A stretch of 20,828 nt of DNA from Octopus sinensis (GCF_006345805.1 NW_021823843.1:1-20828); one strand, 5' to 3'. Shown: positions 11,257 through 20,551, counted from the first letter of the stretch. The notes: generated by a model from the sequence alone, not told the origin. Program-made: numbers and translations.

Positions 11257-13269
11257 CACAATATATATATACATACATACATACATATATATATATACTT
11301 ATATATATATATATATACATGTTAAAATATAATTTTAGCTGAGGGGTGATGTTCTGATGGTGAGGTTAAAGAAAGACAGAGAGAGTGAGGGGAGAGAGAT
11401 AGAGAAGGGAGAGAGAGAGATAGAAGAGGAAGAGAGAGAGAGAGAGTAAAGAGGGAGAGAGAGGAGAGAGAGATGGGAGTGTGATTGGGGAGAGAGAAAT
11501 TATAATGGTGTTGTGGTGGATATGGAGGTGATGGTGGAGGTTGTGATGATTGTGATTGGATAGTGAAAATTGTGTTTTTTTAAATTGAACTATTTTTTAT
11601 ATCACCTGCTAGTTAACGCATGCGCATAAGTGCAATTCCGTGAAATATTCACGCCTATTTAGGTGGCAGATATATGGAATTTGACGGAAGCTTATATGTA
11701 CGGGATTTTTTGTGTGTATAGCAAAAATGGAAAAGTAAGATCGGATATGTATTTCATGAGTGTTGTGTAGTAAGTCTATAAAATTGCGCATAAAGTATAT
11801 AAAGTGTATATATAAAACCCATTAAGAAATCATCGAATTCCAATATCTTTCACTTTTCAATGAGTAGCAGATAAGCGAATATCTTTCTATACAGACACAA
11901 CACAGGATACGCTTTCAGTATTTTTTTGGATAAAGTTTTCAGAAATAGTCCAACAAGTTCACCATTAATTCCGTGGAATATTCACGGGTCCCGCTCGTAA
12001 CAATAAAGATAAGAGCAGTAAGTAACACGAAGCAATCAAACAGGAAGAAAATTCTATGTGGCTACTAAATTCAGTATAATAACTTGAAGTGGTTTAGAAG
12101 AGCTATCCAAAGCGATGCTTTCGTGGGGGCAACACGTTTGTATCTGTTGCTTAAGTCTGGTAGGAACGGGCTGAAGGGTTGCCCCGGGCATCAATACACT
12201 CTAGCTACACCAATAACTCGACTTGTTAACAAAACAGCTGCGAACTTTCCTTAAATTAGATGGCTATATTTTTGTTTCAAGTAAATGCATCTTAGCTACT
12301 GAAATCGTCGGTGCATTATGATTGGAAACAAAATAAAAAAAAAAAAAAGGTATTCAAGGCCCGAAACGCCTTGAGTCGTAGAGTGGCACGTTGAGGGTGA
12401 TTTCAGATTCAACAATATAAACATCAACAACATAGCAACAGATACAGAACATCAATTACAATCGAAGGAACATCAGCAACGCTAGAAAGGAAGGAGTTAG
12501 AATTGCGTTAATCATAGCAAGGATTGACAACAGATGCTGATTAGAGAAAGAAAGAGAGAGAGAGAGAGAGAGTGTGTGTGTGAGAGAGAGAACTTTCCTA
12601 AAACTCAACAAAAAATACATTAAAAATAAGGAAAATATACATTAACTAACTCTTTATAGTTCACATTTTGTTTGTTTTTTTTTACTGGCAGGATTGATTG
12701 TACAATGTAGTGGAGTAAAAATACAGATAATGCCGGGTAGGATGAGATGAGAAAGATGTGTGTGTGCGTGTGTGTGTGCGTGTACTTGTGTTTCTCTGTG
12801 TGTGAGAGAGAGAGAAAGATGAGAAATGTGTGTGGGAGAGAAAGGGCGGAGGAACGGGAGAATAAATCTTGCCTTATATAATTAGATATTGTCAAACAGT
12901 TTCTTAATGAGATAATGGGGTTATAAATTTTCATCTATAAAGTTTTAGTCGAACTAGAAAACCTAAAACACGATACTAATGGTGATAATGACAGTAGAAG
13001 TAGTAGTAGCAGCAGCAGCAGCAGCAGCAGCATAGTAGTAATAGCAGTGCTAGTGGTAGTAGACGTAGCAAATATGATGATGGAGATGGTGATGATGTCT
13101 ATGAAAACGATGATAATAGTACTCACTTCTGTTATTCGCCATAAGGGCCCAAATGGCGAAGAACTACTACACGCAAATGGTGGGTTTTATGTTGATCAAA
13201 AGAAAATAAATAGCGATTGAGATATAATAAAAATCTACAAAAAATGTAAGCAAATTCGATGGAAAAATC

Positions 13270-13900
13270 CCCACAAATAAGAGTTGTCTCACACTGCCCG
13301 CTAGTATCGAAGGTACATTCTTCCAGGTTCTTTTGTTACGTTAGACATATTCAGACTCACCATTTCTTACCACTTTCACACACCTTTCGATTAATACTTT
13401 AAACGGCATCATCTCCCTGTATATCCTTGTCTTTTTCATCGAATAATACTTGAAGTATATGACAGCTTACCCAGATAGGAAAATACCTGTCTTCAAATTC
13501 GTCAAGTTCACCACAATATCTTTTACCATATCCTCAAAATAGAGAAATATTTGCTTCTGTTTCTTGCTACAGAATGGTAGCTGTCGATCTTCACTATAGA
13601 CGTGGCAGACAATCGGATTCGTTCTACACGTGACAACAGCTGCTCAACACACAAGTTGTTACTGAACGGACACTGAAAGAGGAACAGTTTCGTTGCCCAG
13701 CATACATTTCAGACACGTTCGGCCGTTGGCTCTTCTACTCACGAAGAGCTTATCTCGAACAATTGATGCTTACCTTTAGAAATGCTATGTAAATGACTTT
13801 AGGAATTTGTCCATAGTCCTTGACCTCAAAGATTTCCAGAACACACTCCCCAGGTTATTCTCGTCGTTGCCCAGAGTTATGCCTTGACCATCGTTATCTT
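13270..13900 (-). pseudogene. Heavily decayed non-LTR retrotransposon (RTE-like) reverse transcriptase remnant
   Basis: Frame-shifted minus-strand pieces appear in the expected order: N..GITL (cf. NYRGITLL), KVIYIAF (cf. KPLYLAFVD), ALRE, EMYAG, CVLS (cf. GSVLSP), VFSYLGK (cf. F.YLG), REMMPF..CVKVVRNGESE. Many stops and frameshifts. Confidence 0.45.
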
Positions 13901-14776
13901 TACCCTCATCTAGTTGTCTATATAAACCTAGAGATGCTTTCTAGCATACTAAGTTTTCCCGTTCGTATAGTAATAATGCCTAGCACCATTCAAGATTCAA
14001 ACGCCTCGTCTTCGTCTGCTTAACCTATGATTACAGTTCACTCAAGGAGACCAGATGCGGGAAGACGTCTCACGAAAGACCCACTCTAACCTGCACTCAT
14101 TTTTATCGTCTTCGACAGTATCGCAATGGTTTAGATATTCCTGCAAGTGCGTTAGCCTCAAAGCAGTTGACTGGTGTTATGTGTAATGATGTTCTTTGTA
14201 CAGGCACACAGATGCTCTGTCAAGGAACTGAACGCATGACAATGTGATCATGAGCCTAACTTGCTAAAACCTGAAACACAGACCACCTTCCCTATATATG
14301 CATGAGTTTGTCTAAGTGTGTGTTTCATTAAATACACTACAATATTCAAATTCTAGCTATTTTATTGTAAATTTTTCGCATTATTAATTTTTTGCTGTTG
14401 GCTTGAAACAATAGACCTCCGAAATTCACATTCGACGTTTCCAGAACTTCACAATCTCATTTTGAGTAACAATATATATTGTTATGTGTATGAATTTGGT
14501 TTGCAAGATTCCTGATGTGAAATAGTGTTGAGACAGATATTATTACATTTGGGGACGGTCATACATTTTTTACAAATAAGCGCACACACACTATATACAC
14601 GTATATCACTTTGGCTTTATCATTATTCTTATTTTAGTGTCCTTAGTCCGAAATCTTTCATCACATATACTATGACCTCTTCAACGGCTCTCCATCCCAT
14701 GTATTTCGTCCTGACCTGTTTGTTCCGATGGGCTGAAAAATGACTACTCCGTAATATGTCAATATATATATATATA

Positions 14777-15200
14777 CAGACAAGCAGGAAAAAAATAGAC
14801 ACCTTCAATTTTCTTATTATTTTTTCAGCAGCATAGAATTTACAATGTAATTATTCTTTATCATTCCAGGTGCCATTACATTAAACATTTGCGAGAAGTA
14901 ACCATGCCATACACAAAAAATTCAGCAGAACTGTCAGATTTTCAAAGAGGTCGTATTGTTGAGCAAACTGAGGCTAGTTTTAGCCAGCGAAAAGTTGCCG
15001 AAAATTTTCAAATTCCTCTTGCTACTGTTAATGGTATTATAGTGCAATTCAAAATCCAAGGAAAAGAACCAGCAGATTCTCGTCCCGGCCGACCTGGGCC
15101 CTCAGAAAGGAAGCTTCGCTGTTTGAAAAGAATTGCGGAAAACGAATCCTGTTCGAAGGCTTCTGACATTGCAAAACGAGCTAGAAGTTCAATAAGTCCG
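14777..15200 (+). mobile_element. Left end of a Tc1/mariner DNA transposon (truncated)
   Basis: TA|CAGACAAGCAGGAAAAAAATAGACACC follows a (TA)n run and resembles a Tc1 terminal inverted repeat (TIR; CAG..AAAA..CACC); a transposase N-terminus follows. No right TIR seen. Confidence 0.7.
14904..15200 (+). pseudogene. Tc1-family transposase N-terminal HTH DNA-binding region, truncated before the DDE domain
   Basis: MPYTKNSAELSDFQRGRIVEQ...FSQRKVAENFQIPLATVNGII...G.EPADSRPGRP...ERKLRCLKRI..ASDIA fits the ELSDF.RG.IV / R.GRP pattern. Frameshift near 15170. Confidence 0.85.
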
Positions 15201-15823
15201 GATTAGTTGGAGGGTTTTTGCGGGATTTCGTGGAGGCGCAATGGCTCAGTGGTTAGGGCAGCGGATTCGCGGTCATAGGATCGCGGTTTCGATTCCCAGA
15301 CCGGGCGTTGTGAGTTTATTGAGCGAAAACACCTAAAGCTCCACGAGGCTCCGGCAGGGATGGTGGTGATCCCTGCTGTGCTCTTTCACCACAACTTTCT
15401 CTCACTCTTACTTCCTGTTTCTGTTGTACCTGTATTTCAAAGGGCCGGCCTTGTCACTTTCTGTGTCACGCTGAATATCCCCGAGAACTACGTTAAGGGT
15501 ACACGTATCTGTGGAGTGCTCAGCCACTTACACGTTAATTTCACGAGCAGGCTGTTCCGTTGATTCGGATCAACCGGAACCCTCGTCGTCGTAACCGACG
15601 GAGTGCTTCCATCCAATTTTACGGGATTTCAAGTTAAATTCGTTGGAAGTATAACTGCTTTCATCGATGATATTACTGTTTCGTTTATGCATGCCGTCGT
15701 AATGGAATACTCTCCATCTTAATCTTATAAATTCGCTAGTTTTTTTTGCAACAGAATTTCTCTGTATAGATGTCTAGGTGTATAGGAATGATATTGTTGA
15801 CAAATCCAGAAATTCTTTTCCAT
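15193..15823 (-). pseudogene. N-terminus of a Penelope-like retroelement ORF, interrupted by a SINE
   Basis: From the ATG at 15823, with frameshifts and removing SINE 15230-15616: MEK.NF..NIIPI.PRHLYREILLQKTSEFIR-LRWRVFHYDG...NEFNLKSRKNPPTNPDL. Matches the recalled PLE N-terminal motif KNIPIP..Y..L..KTE.FI.R.RWK.F...GFKSRK.PP. Confidence 0.65.
15230..15616 (+). mobile_element. Full-length tRNA-derived SINE, family C, with TSD
   Basis: A-box TGGCTCAGTGG (15242-52), B-box GGTTTCGATTCC (about 15285-96), long body; TSD TTTT(G/A)CGGGATTTC at 15216-15229 and 15617-15630 (13/14). Confidence 0.92.
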
Positions 15824-15942
15824 AGTTGTTACTATATTAAGTGCTTGGTATGAGCTAATGTAGAATCCGAGAATTTTAATGGGGATAATGATCCCGTATA
15901 TAGTACAACTGTTTCTTTCACTTGTATATGAGCTAAAGATTA

Positions 15943-17012
15943 ATAAAATTTGGTATAAGATAAAAATTTAAGATATTTGCCTTACACATTCAGATAAGCA
16001 AATTCATAATTCAGATGTATGACATGAGATATTATTCCATTCAAATAACCACATATTCATATCAAGACATGAATGATAAAAATATAGAAATATAAGAATA
16101 TAAACATAAAGAATATAAGGATTACCAAGAAAGTAGAGAATATCGTTAGAATAGATTAAAGGAGGTGACTGAAAGGATCAGTCGAAAGCTACGACAGTTT
16201 CCGAAAAGTTTTAAGGGGCTGTAGGAAGTAATCCTCGGAGTTCCTTTCCCGTCGTAAAATCCAGTAAGGTGCTACATGGTGAAATTTCAGTTGGTTGTAG
16301 CGTATCGAATTGAAGAATAAGAATAAAAATATAAAGGACAAAATAAAACCCGACAAGTCAAACTATAAGAATATAATCATTTCTATAGAAACATTAAATA
16401 AGGAATTAAAAGGGTTGACAGGTGATACTTTAGTTAATAATGTAAATAATAGCTAATTGGAATATTCCATTTTGTGTTGATATATTTTTATTTCTTTATT
16501 TATTTTTATTTTATTTACTTATTTTTAAAATCAATACTACTATAAGAGAGCGGATATTGGATCTAATCCAAGTCACATTAAAAAAAAAAGTAATGTTTTT
16601 ATTTCTATTACTAGCATATAGTATGCTACTTGACTTTACGACGAGAAAGGAACCTCGAGGAAGGAAATGTTTTTATACAGGGAGTTGAATTTGGATTTTT
16701 TCCTACAGCCCCTAACAACTTTTCTGAAACGGACGTAGGTTTGGATTGATCCTTTCAATCACCTCCTTTGATCTATTCTAGCTATATTTTCTACTTTCAT
16801 TGTACCCCTTACATAATTTTATGTTTTTAATTTTTAGTTTTTTTTTAATGTTTATATTCTTATATTTCTATATTCTTAACATATATGTCTTAATATAAAT
16901 ATGTGGTTATTTGAATGGAATAATATCTCATGTCATACAGATGAATTATAAATTTGCTTGTCTGAATGTTTAAGACAAATATCTGAAACTTTTACCTTAT
17001 ACCAAATTTTAT
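15943..17012. mobile_element. 1.07-kb foldback with long diverged inverted arms, no ORF
   Basis: Termini ATAAAATTTGGTATAAG (15943-59) and CTTATACCAAATTTTAT (16996-17012) are exact reverse complements. Arms (about 15943-16270 and 16615-17012) align throughout with indels; AT-rich centre. Confidence 0.85.
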
Positions 17013-17015
17013 ATA

Positions 17016-17051
17016 ACATACATACATACATACATACATACATACATACAT

Positions 17052-17099
<48 letters not shown>

Positions 17100-17120
17100 G
17101 ATTTTCATTCCCGAGCTTTA

Positions 17121-17164
<44 letters not shown>

Positions 17165-17169
17165 TATAG

Positions 17170-17231
<62 letters not shown>

Positions 17232-17305
17232 CATATATGTATGTGTGTGTGTGTGTGTACGTATATATATTATATATATATATAATATATAGATATATAA
17301 TAATG
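17016..17305. repeat. (ATAC)n/(TA)n/(TG)n microsatellites
   Basis: Directly visible. Confidence 0.95.
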
Positions 17306-17960
17306 GATACAGCATTGTCTTTTAGGATTTGGTTGGATTCATATATAATTTTCCTTCACAGGATTTTAAAAATTATACTGTTAACTTCATGCATCAGTAG
17401 TTTACATGTTGATTTGTTTCAGGCGGTTACAATGTGACCATTAAGTTATTTTCTGTTTTCACGTCAGTCGTCTCGTATTAATATTTTGATGAATGTGTTT
17501 TAGAGTTGATTTTAGTATGAAATTGCGGCAAATTAGCACGTGACTACTGAAGTATGATGCTAATAGTTAAAAGATACTTTGCCAGGAAACTCTGCGCTAA
17601 ACCAACAAGCATGTAAGAAATAACACTGATAAAAAAATATAATCAATTCTTGAAAATAAGACTCAAGGGTTGGAAACGTCGTATGTGAATTTTAGGAACT
17701 CATTGTTCCCAAATCAACTGTAGGAAACTGTTAAAAGAAATAGGAAAATATCTAAAATAAAAGAGATAAATTTTGAACTCACTCATGCATTTAATAAAAC
17801 ATATGAAAGTGGTTCCCCATGGAAGGACACATATATTTGCATATATATGCAATGCATGTATATATATATATATATATTATATATATATATAGATATATAT
17901 ATATATATATACATACATACTACATACATACATACACACACATACATATATATATATATG

Positions 17961-18118
17961 TTATGATTTAGAACAAACAGTAAGGTTGTCATTATAGTAC
18001 TCCGAGTTTCGAATGTCGGAGCCATTAATAGCCGTCGAGAATGCAGCGTAGCTCTTCTCTCCGATATTCGAAACTCCGAGTACTATGACAAATTTTTACT
18101 GCTTGTTCTAAATCATAA
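17961..18118. mobile_element. Small MITE/foldback with about 60-bp imperfect arms
   Basis: TTATGATTTAGAACAA.CAGTAA..TTGTCA..AGTACTC.GAGTTTCGAAT.TCGGAG (17961-18021) is inverse to 18059-18118. Confidence 0.8.
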
Positions 18119-18259
18119 TATTTATATTAAAAATCCTCTATTTTTGTAATATAGAGGTTCGATTTTTTGTCGTTACTTATCATTCTTTTTCTTCTTCTTC
18201 TTCTTCTTCTTATCATAATAATAATAATAATAATAATAATAATTATTATTATTATTAAC

Positions 18260-18633
18260 CAATGATAAATATCAAAGTGAGTTATATACAGTAGCGGTAA
18301 CACATCGTGACGTATTTTTGCCATTTCAATATGGCTAACCCCTAAGGGTGGATGCTACTGTAGTTTTTAGCCCCAGGAGGACACACTCCTCCAGCTGGCC
18401 ATAGACACACTATCTGTGTCCTGTCAGTATTTGCAAAGGGAAGTCATCCTTCCCGTCTTCAACTTATGATACACACGGACTCGAGTTTCGAGGTATTGAC
18501 CTCTCGTCAGCGTGTGACAATCATAGTTGTCGCCGAGAATTAGATTTCCTTCACAAATACTTATACTTTTTCCAGCGTCCACTGTCGCTGATATTGAAAA
18601 AGTGAAATCAAACAATGATGAATATCAAAGTGA
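18260..18633 (-). mobile_element. Candidate retrozyme or PLE-derived non-autonomous element (about 353-nt unit)
   Basis: Bounded by CAATGAT(A/G)AATATCAAAGTGA direct repeats (18260-80, 18613-33); contains a canonical HHR and several short hairpins; an (AAT)n tract follows on the minus strand; no meaningful ORF. Confidence 0.7.
18461..18528 (-). ncRNA. Canonical type I hammerhead ribozyme
   Basis: Minus strand: AAC-UAUGAU-UGU-CACACG [stem I 5'] CUGACGA GAGG-UCAAUA-CCUC [stem II] GAAA C-UCGA-GUC| CGUGUG-U-AUCAUA-A-GUU [stem I 3']. All conserved core bases are present; predicted cleavage between 18478 and 18477. Confidence 0.93.
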
Positions 18634-18707
18634 TGTATGTATGTATGTGTATGTATGTATGTATGTATGTATGTATGTATGTATGTATGTATGTATGTAT
18701 GTATATA

Positions 18708-18841
18708 TGACGGCCTTCTTTCAGTTTCTATCCACCAAATTCCCTCAGAAAAGTTTGGTCGGCCCGAGGCTATAATAGAAACACTTTCCCAAGTTGCCAC
18801 AACCAGGAACTATGTGGTTGGGAAGCAAGCTTTTTCCTTAC

Positions 18842-18846
<5 letters not shown>
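18708..18846 (-). mobile_element. SINE family A, 5' half with internal deletion
   Basis: GACGGCCTTCTTTCAGTTTC..TTTGGTCGGCCCGAGGCTATA..ATGTGGTTGGGAAGCAAGC; flanked by (GTAT)n at 18634-18706. Confidence 0.85.
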
Positions 18847-18873
<27 letters not shown>

Positions 18874-18884
18874 CACACACACGC

Positions 18885-18920
<36 letters not shown>

Positions 18921-19161
18921 CGCACACACACACACACACAGATGATAAAATGAATACGTATATATATATATATATGTGCGCGTTTATGTGTACATATACA
19001 TATACTTATTTTTATATGCACAGAACATGTGCTCATAAATGTAGATGTGCACGTATGTATGTATATATATATATTGTATATGTATGTATGTTTATATATT
19101 ATATTATATATATTATATATATATATTATATATATTATGATATGATATATATATGTATATA

Positions 19162-19205
<44 letters not shown>

Positions 19206-19225
19206 TATATATATATGTATGTATA
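18847..19225. repeat. (CA)n and (TA)n microsatellites
   Basis: Directly visible. Confidence 0.93.
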
Positions 19226-19237
19226 GATTTATACCTA

Positions 19238-19489
19238 TTTACATTAGTTACATTTCACGAATATTTGTTCGCATCTTGTTTCGTTAATACGTTTCAGCTG
19301 ATATACTCTCCAGCCTTCATCAGCGGTCGTGGGGAAATTTCGAACCTGGATTCTCATTGCTAAGTTATTTTTCGATGTTATTTTTATTATTATCATTATT
19401 ACTATTTCTATTATTCAGGTCACTGCCTGGAATCGAACTCGGAATCTAGAGGTTAGTAGACCGCGCTCTTAACCGTAACGATATGTGCC
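19238..19489 (-). mobile_element. tRNA-headed SINE-like element with an (AAT)n linker and a hammerhead-containing body (family H3)
   Basis: Minus strand: GGCACAT..GGTTAAGAGCGCGG..CCGAGTTCGATTCC (B-box, 19429-40)..CAGTGACC, then (AAT)n, then a body with the HHR at 19283-19328. Confidence 0.75.
19283..19328 (-). ncRNA. Minimal hammerhead ribozyme, stem I decayed
   Basis: GACCG CUGAUGA A GGCUG-GAGAGUAUAU-CAGCU GAAAC GUA| UUAAC. Core and stem II are intact; stem I does not pair. Confidence 0.6.
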
Positions 19490-19496
19490 TGTGGAA

Positions 19497-19663
19497 CGAA
19501 AAACGTTAGGAATGAGAACCCAGGTTCGAAATTGCCCCAAGACACCTGATGAATGTAGGTGGCTATATCAGCCGAAACGTTGTGTTAACAACAAACAAGA
19601 TGAGAGCGAAAATCCGTCAAATGTAAATAATGTACATAATTCCTCATCTCTTAAATATAAAAC
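19497..19663 (+). mobile_element. Inverted partial copy of the H3 body
   Basis: 19497-19634 aligns with the reverse complement of 19238-19373. Confidence 0.85.
19541..19586 (+). ncRNA. Minimal hammerhead ribozyme, stem II decayed
   Basis: GACAC CUGAUGA A UGUAG-GUGGCUAUAU-CAGCC GAAAC GUU| GUGUU. Stem I (GACAC/GUGUU) and the palindromic AACGUU are intact; the 5' arm of stem II is mutated. Confidence 0.6.
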
Positions 19664-19782
19664 TATATATATTTATGTTTATATATGTATAGGCGCCGGA
19701 GTGGCTGTGTGGTAAGTAGCTTGCTAACCAGCCACATGGTTCTGGGTTCAGTCCCACTGTGTGGCACCTTGGGAAAGTGTCT

Positions 19783-20007
19783 GGATCTTTTCATTTTGAA
19801 GGCCAGATTTTCCTAGTTAACTAAAAAATTTGAAACTTCGTATACTGGTAGAATGTGTAAAAAGAAAACATTATTGTAAACAAAATTGAAAACAAAATTG
19901 TTATTCGTAACTTAAACGTAGTTTAATTTTTACGAATTTTACCAGTATACGAGGTTTCAAATTGTTTAGTTAACTAGGAAAATCTGGCCTTCAAAATGAA
20001 AAGATCC
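19783..20007. mobile_element. 225-bp MITE with 68-bp TIRs and an 8-bp TSD
   Basis: TIRs 19783-19850 and 19940-20007 (66/68), termini GGATC..GATCC; TSD AAGTGTCT at 19775-82 and 20008-15. Confidence 0.95.
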
Positions 20008-20095
20008 AAGTGTCTTCTGCTATAGCCCCGGGCCGACCAATGCCTTGTGAGTGGATTTGGTAGACGGAAACTGAAAGAAGCCTGTCGTATATATG

Positions 20096-20280
20096 TTTTT
20101 TTTCTTTTTAGTTTCAGCTCAGAGCTGTGGCCATGCTGATGCACCACCGTTTTGTGCTACACTGTTATTGCGAAGAACTTCGTCTAATATGTGGCACTTG
20201 GTGAAGAATGGAGTTTGATATAGCTACTCTCATTTGCACCTCTTGCCGTGAGGTAGGTTCATCTGGGACTCTTGACAGGA
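20096..20280 (-). mobile_element. 5'-truncated 3' end of a CR1/L2-like LINE
   Basis: Minus frame 20278-20165 reads LSRVPDEPTSRQEVQMRVAISNSILHQVPHIRRSSSQ*, resembling the VPDEP...R...SNSL..Q ORF2 C-terminus. A short 3' UTR and A-rich tail follow; TATATATG on both sides is a possible TSD. Confidence 0.7.
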
Positions 20281-20509
20281 ATATATATATATGTGTGTAT
20301 GTATGTGTGTGTGTGTGTTTGTCCCCCTAGCTTTGCTTGACAACCGATGCTGGTGTGTTTACGTCCCCGTCACTAAGCGGTTCGGCAAAAGAGACTGATA
20401 GAATAAGTACTGGGCTTACAAAGAATAAGTCGATTTGACGACTAAAGGCGGTGCTCCAGCATGGCCGCAGTCAATGATCGAAACAGTAAGAGTGTGTGTA
20501 TATATATAT

Positions 20510-20551
<42 letters not shown>

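Larger units (their letters stand above)
19692..20493 (+). mobile_element. SINE family A, full length, with two nested insertions
   Basis: A-box TGGCTGTGTGG (19702-12), B-box GGTTCAGTCC (19745-54); split by a MITE (19783-20007) and a LINE 3' end (20096-20280); 3' half at 20312-20493. Confidence 0.92.

Noticed and set aside
12355-12375. TCAAGGC-CCGAAAC-GCCTTGA hairpin
   Set aside because: An isolated 7-bp stem with no associated ribozyme core; expected by chance.
18330-18420. GGCTAA motifs suggesting an HDV-like ribozyme
   Set aside because: No P1/P2/P3 nested pseudoknot could be assembled on either strand.
19415-19489. Possible genuine tRNA gene
   Set aside because: The D-arm/A-box and acceptor stem are degenerate and it is fused to a repeat body, so it is treated as a SINE head. 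The same applies to the heads at 15230 and 19692.
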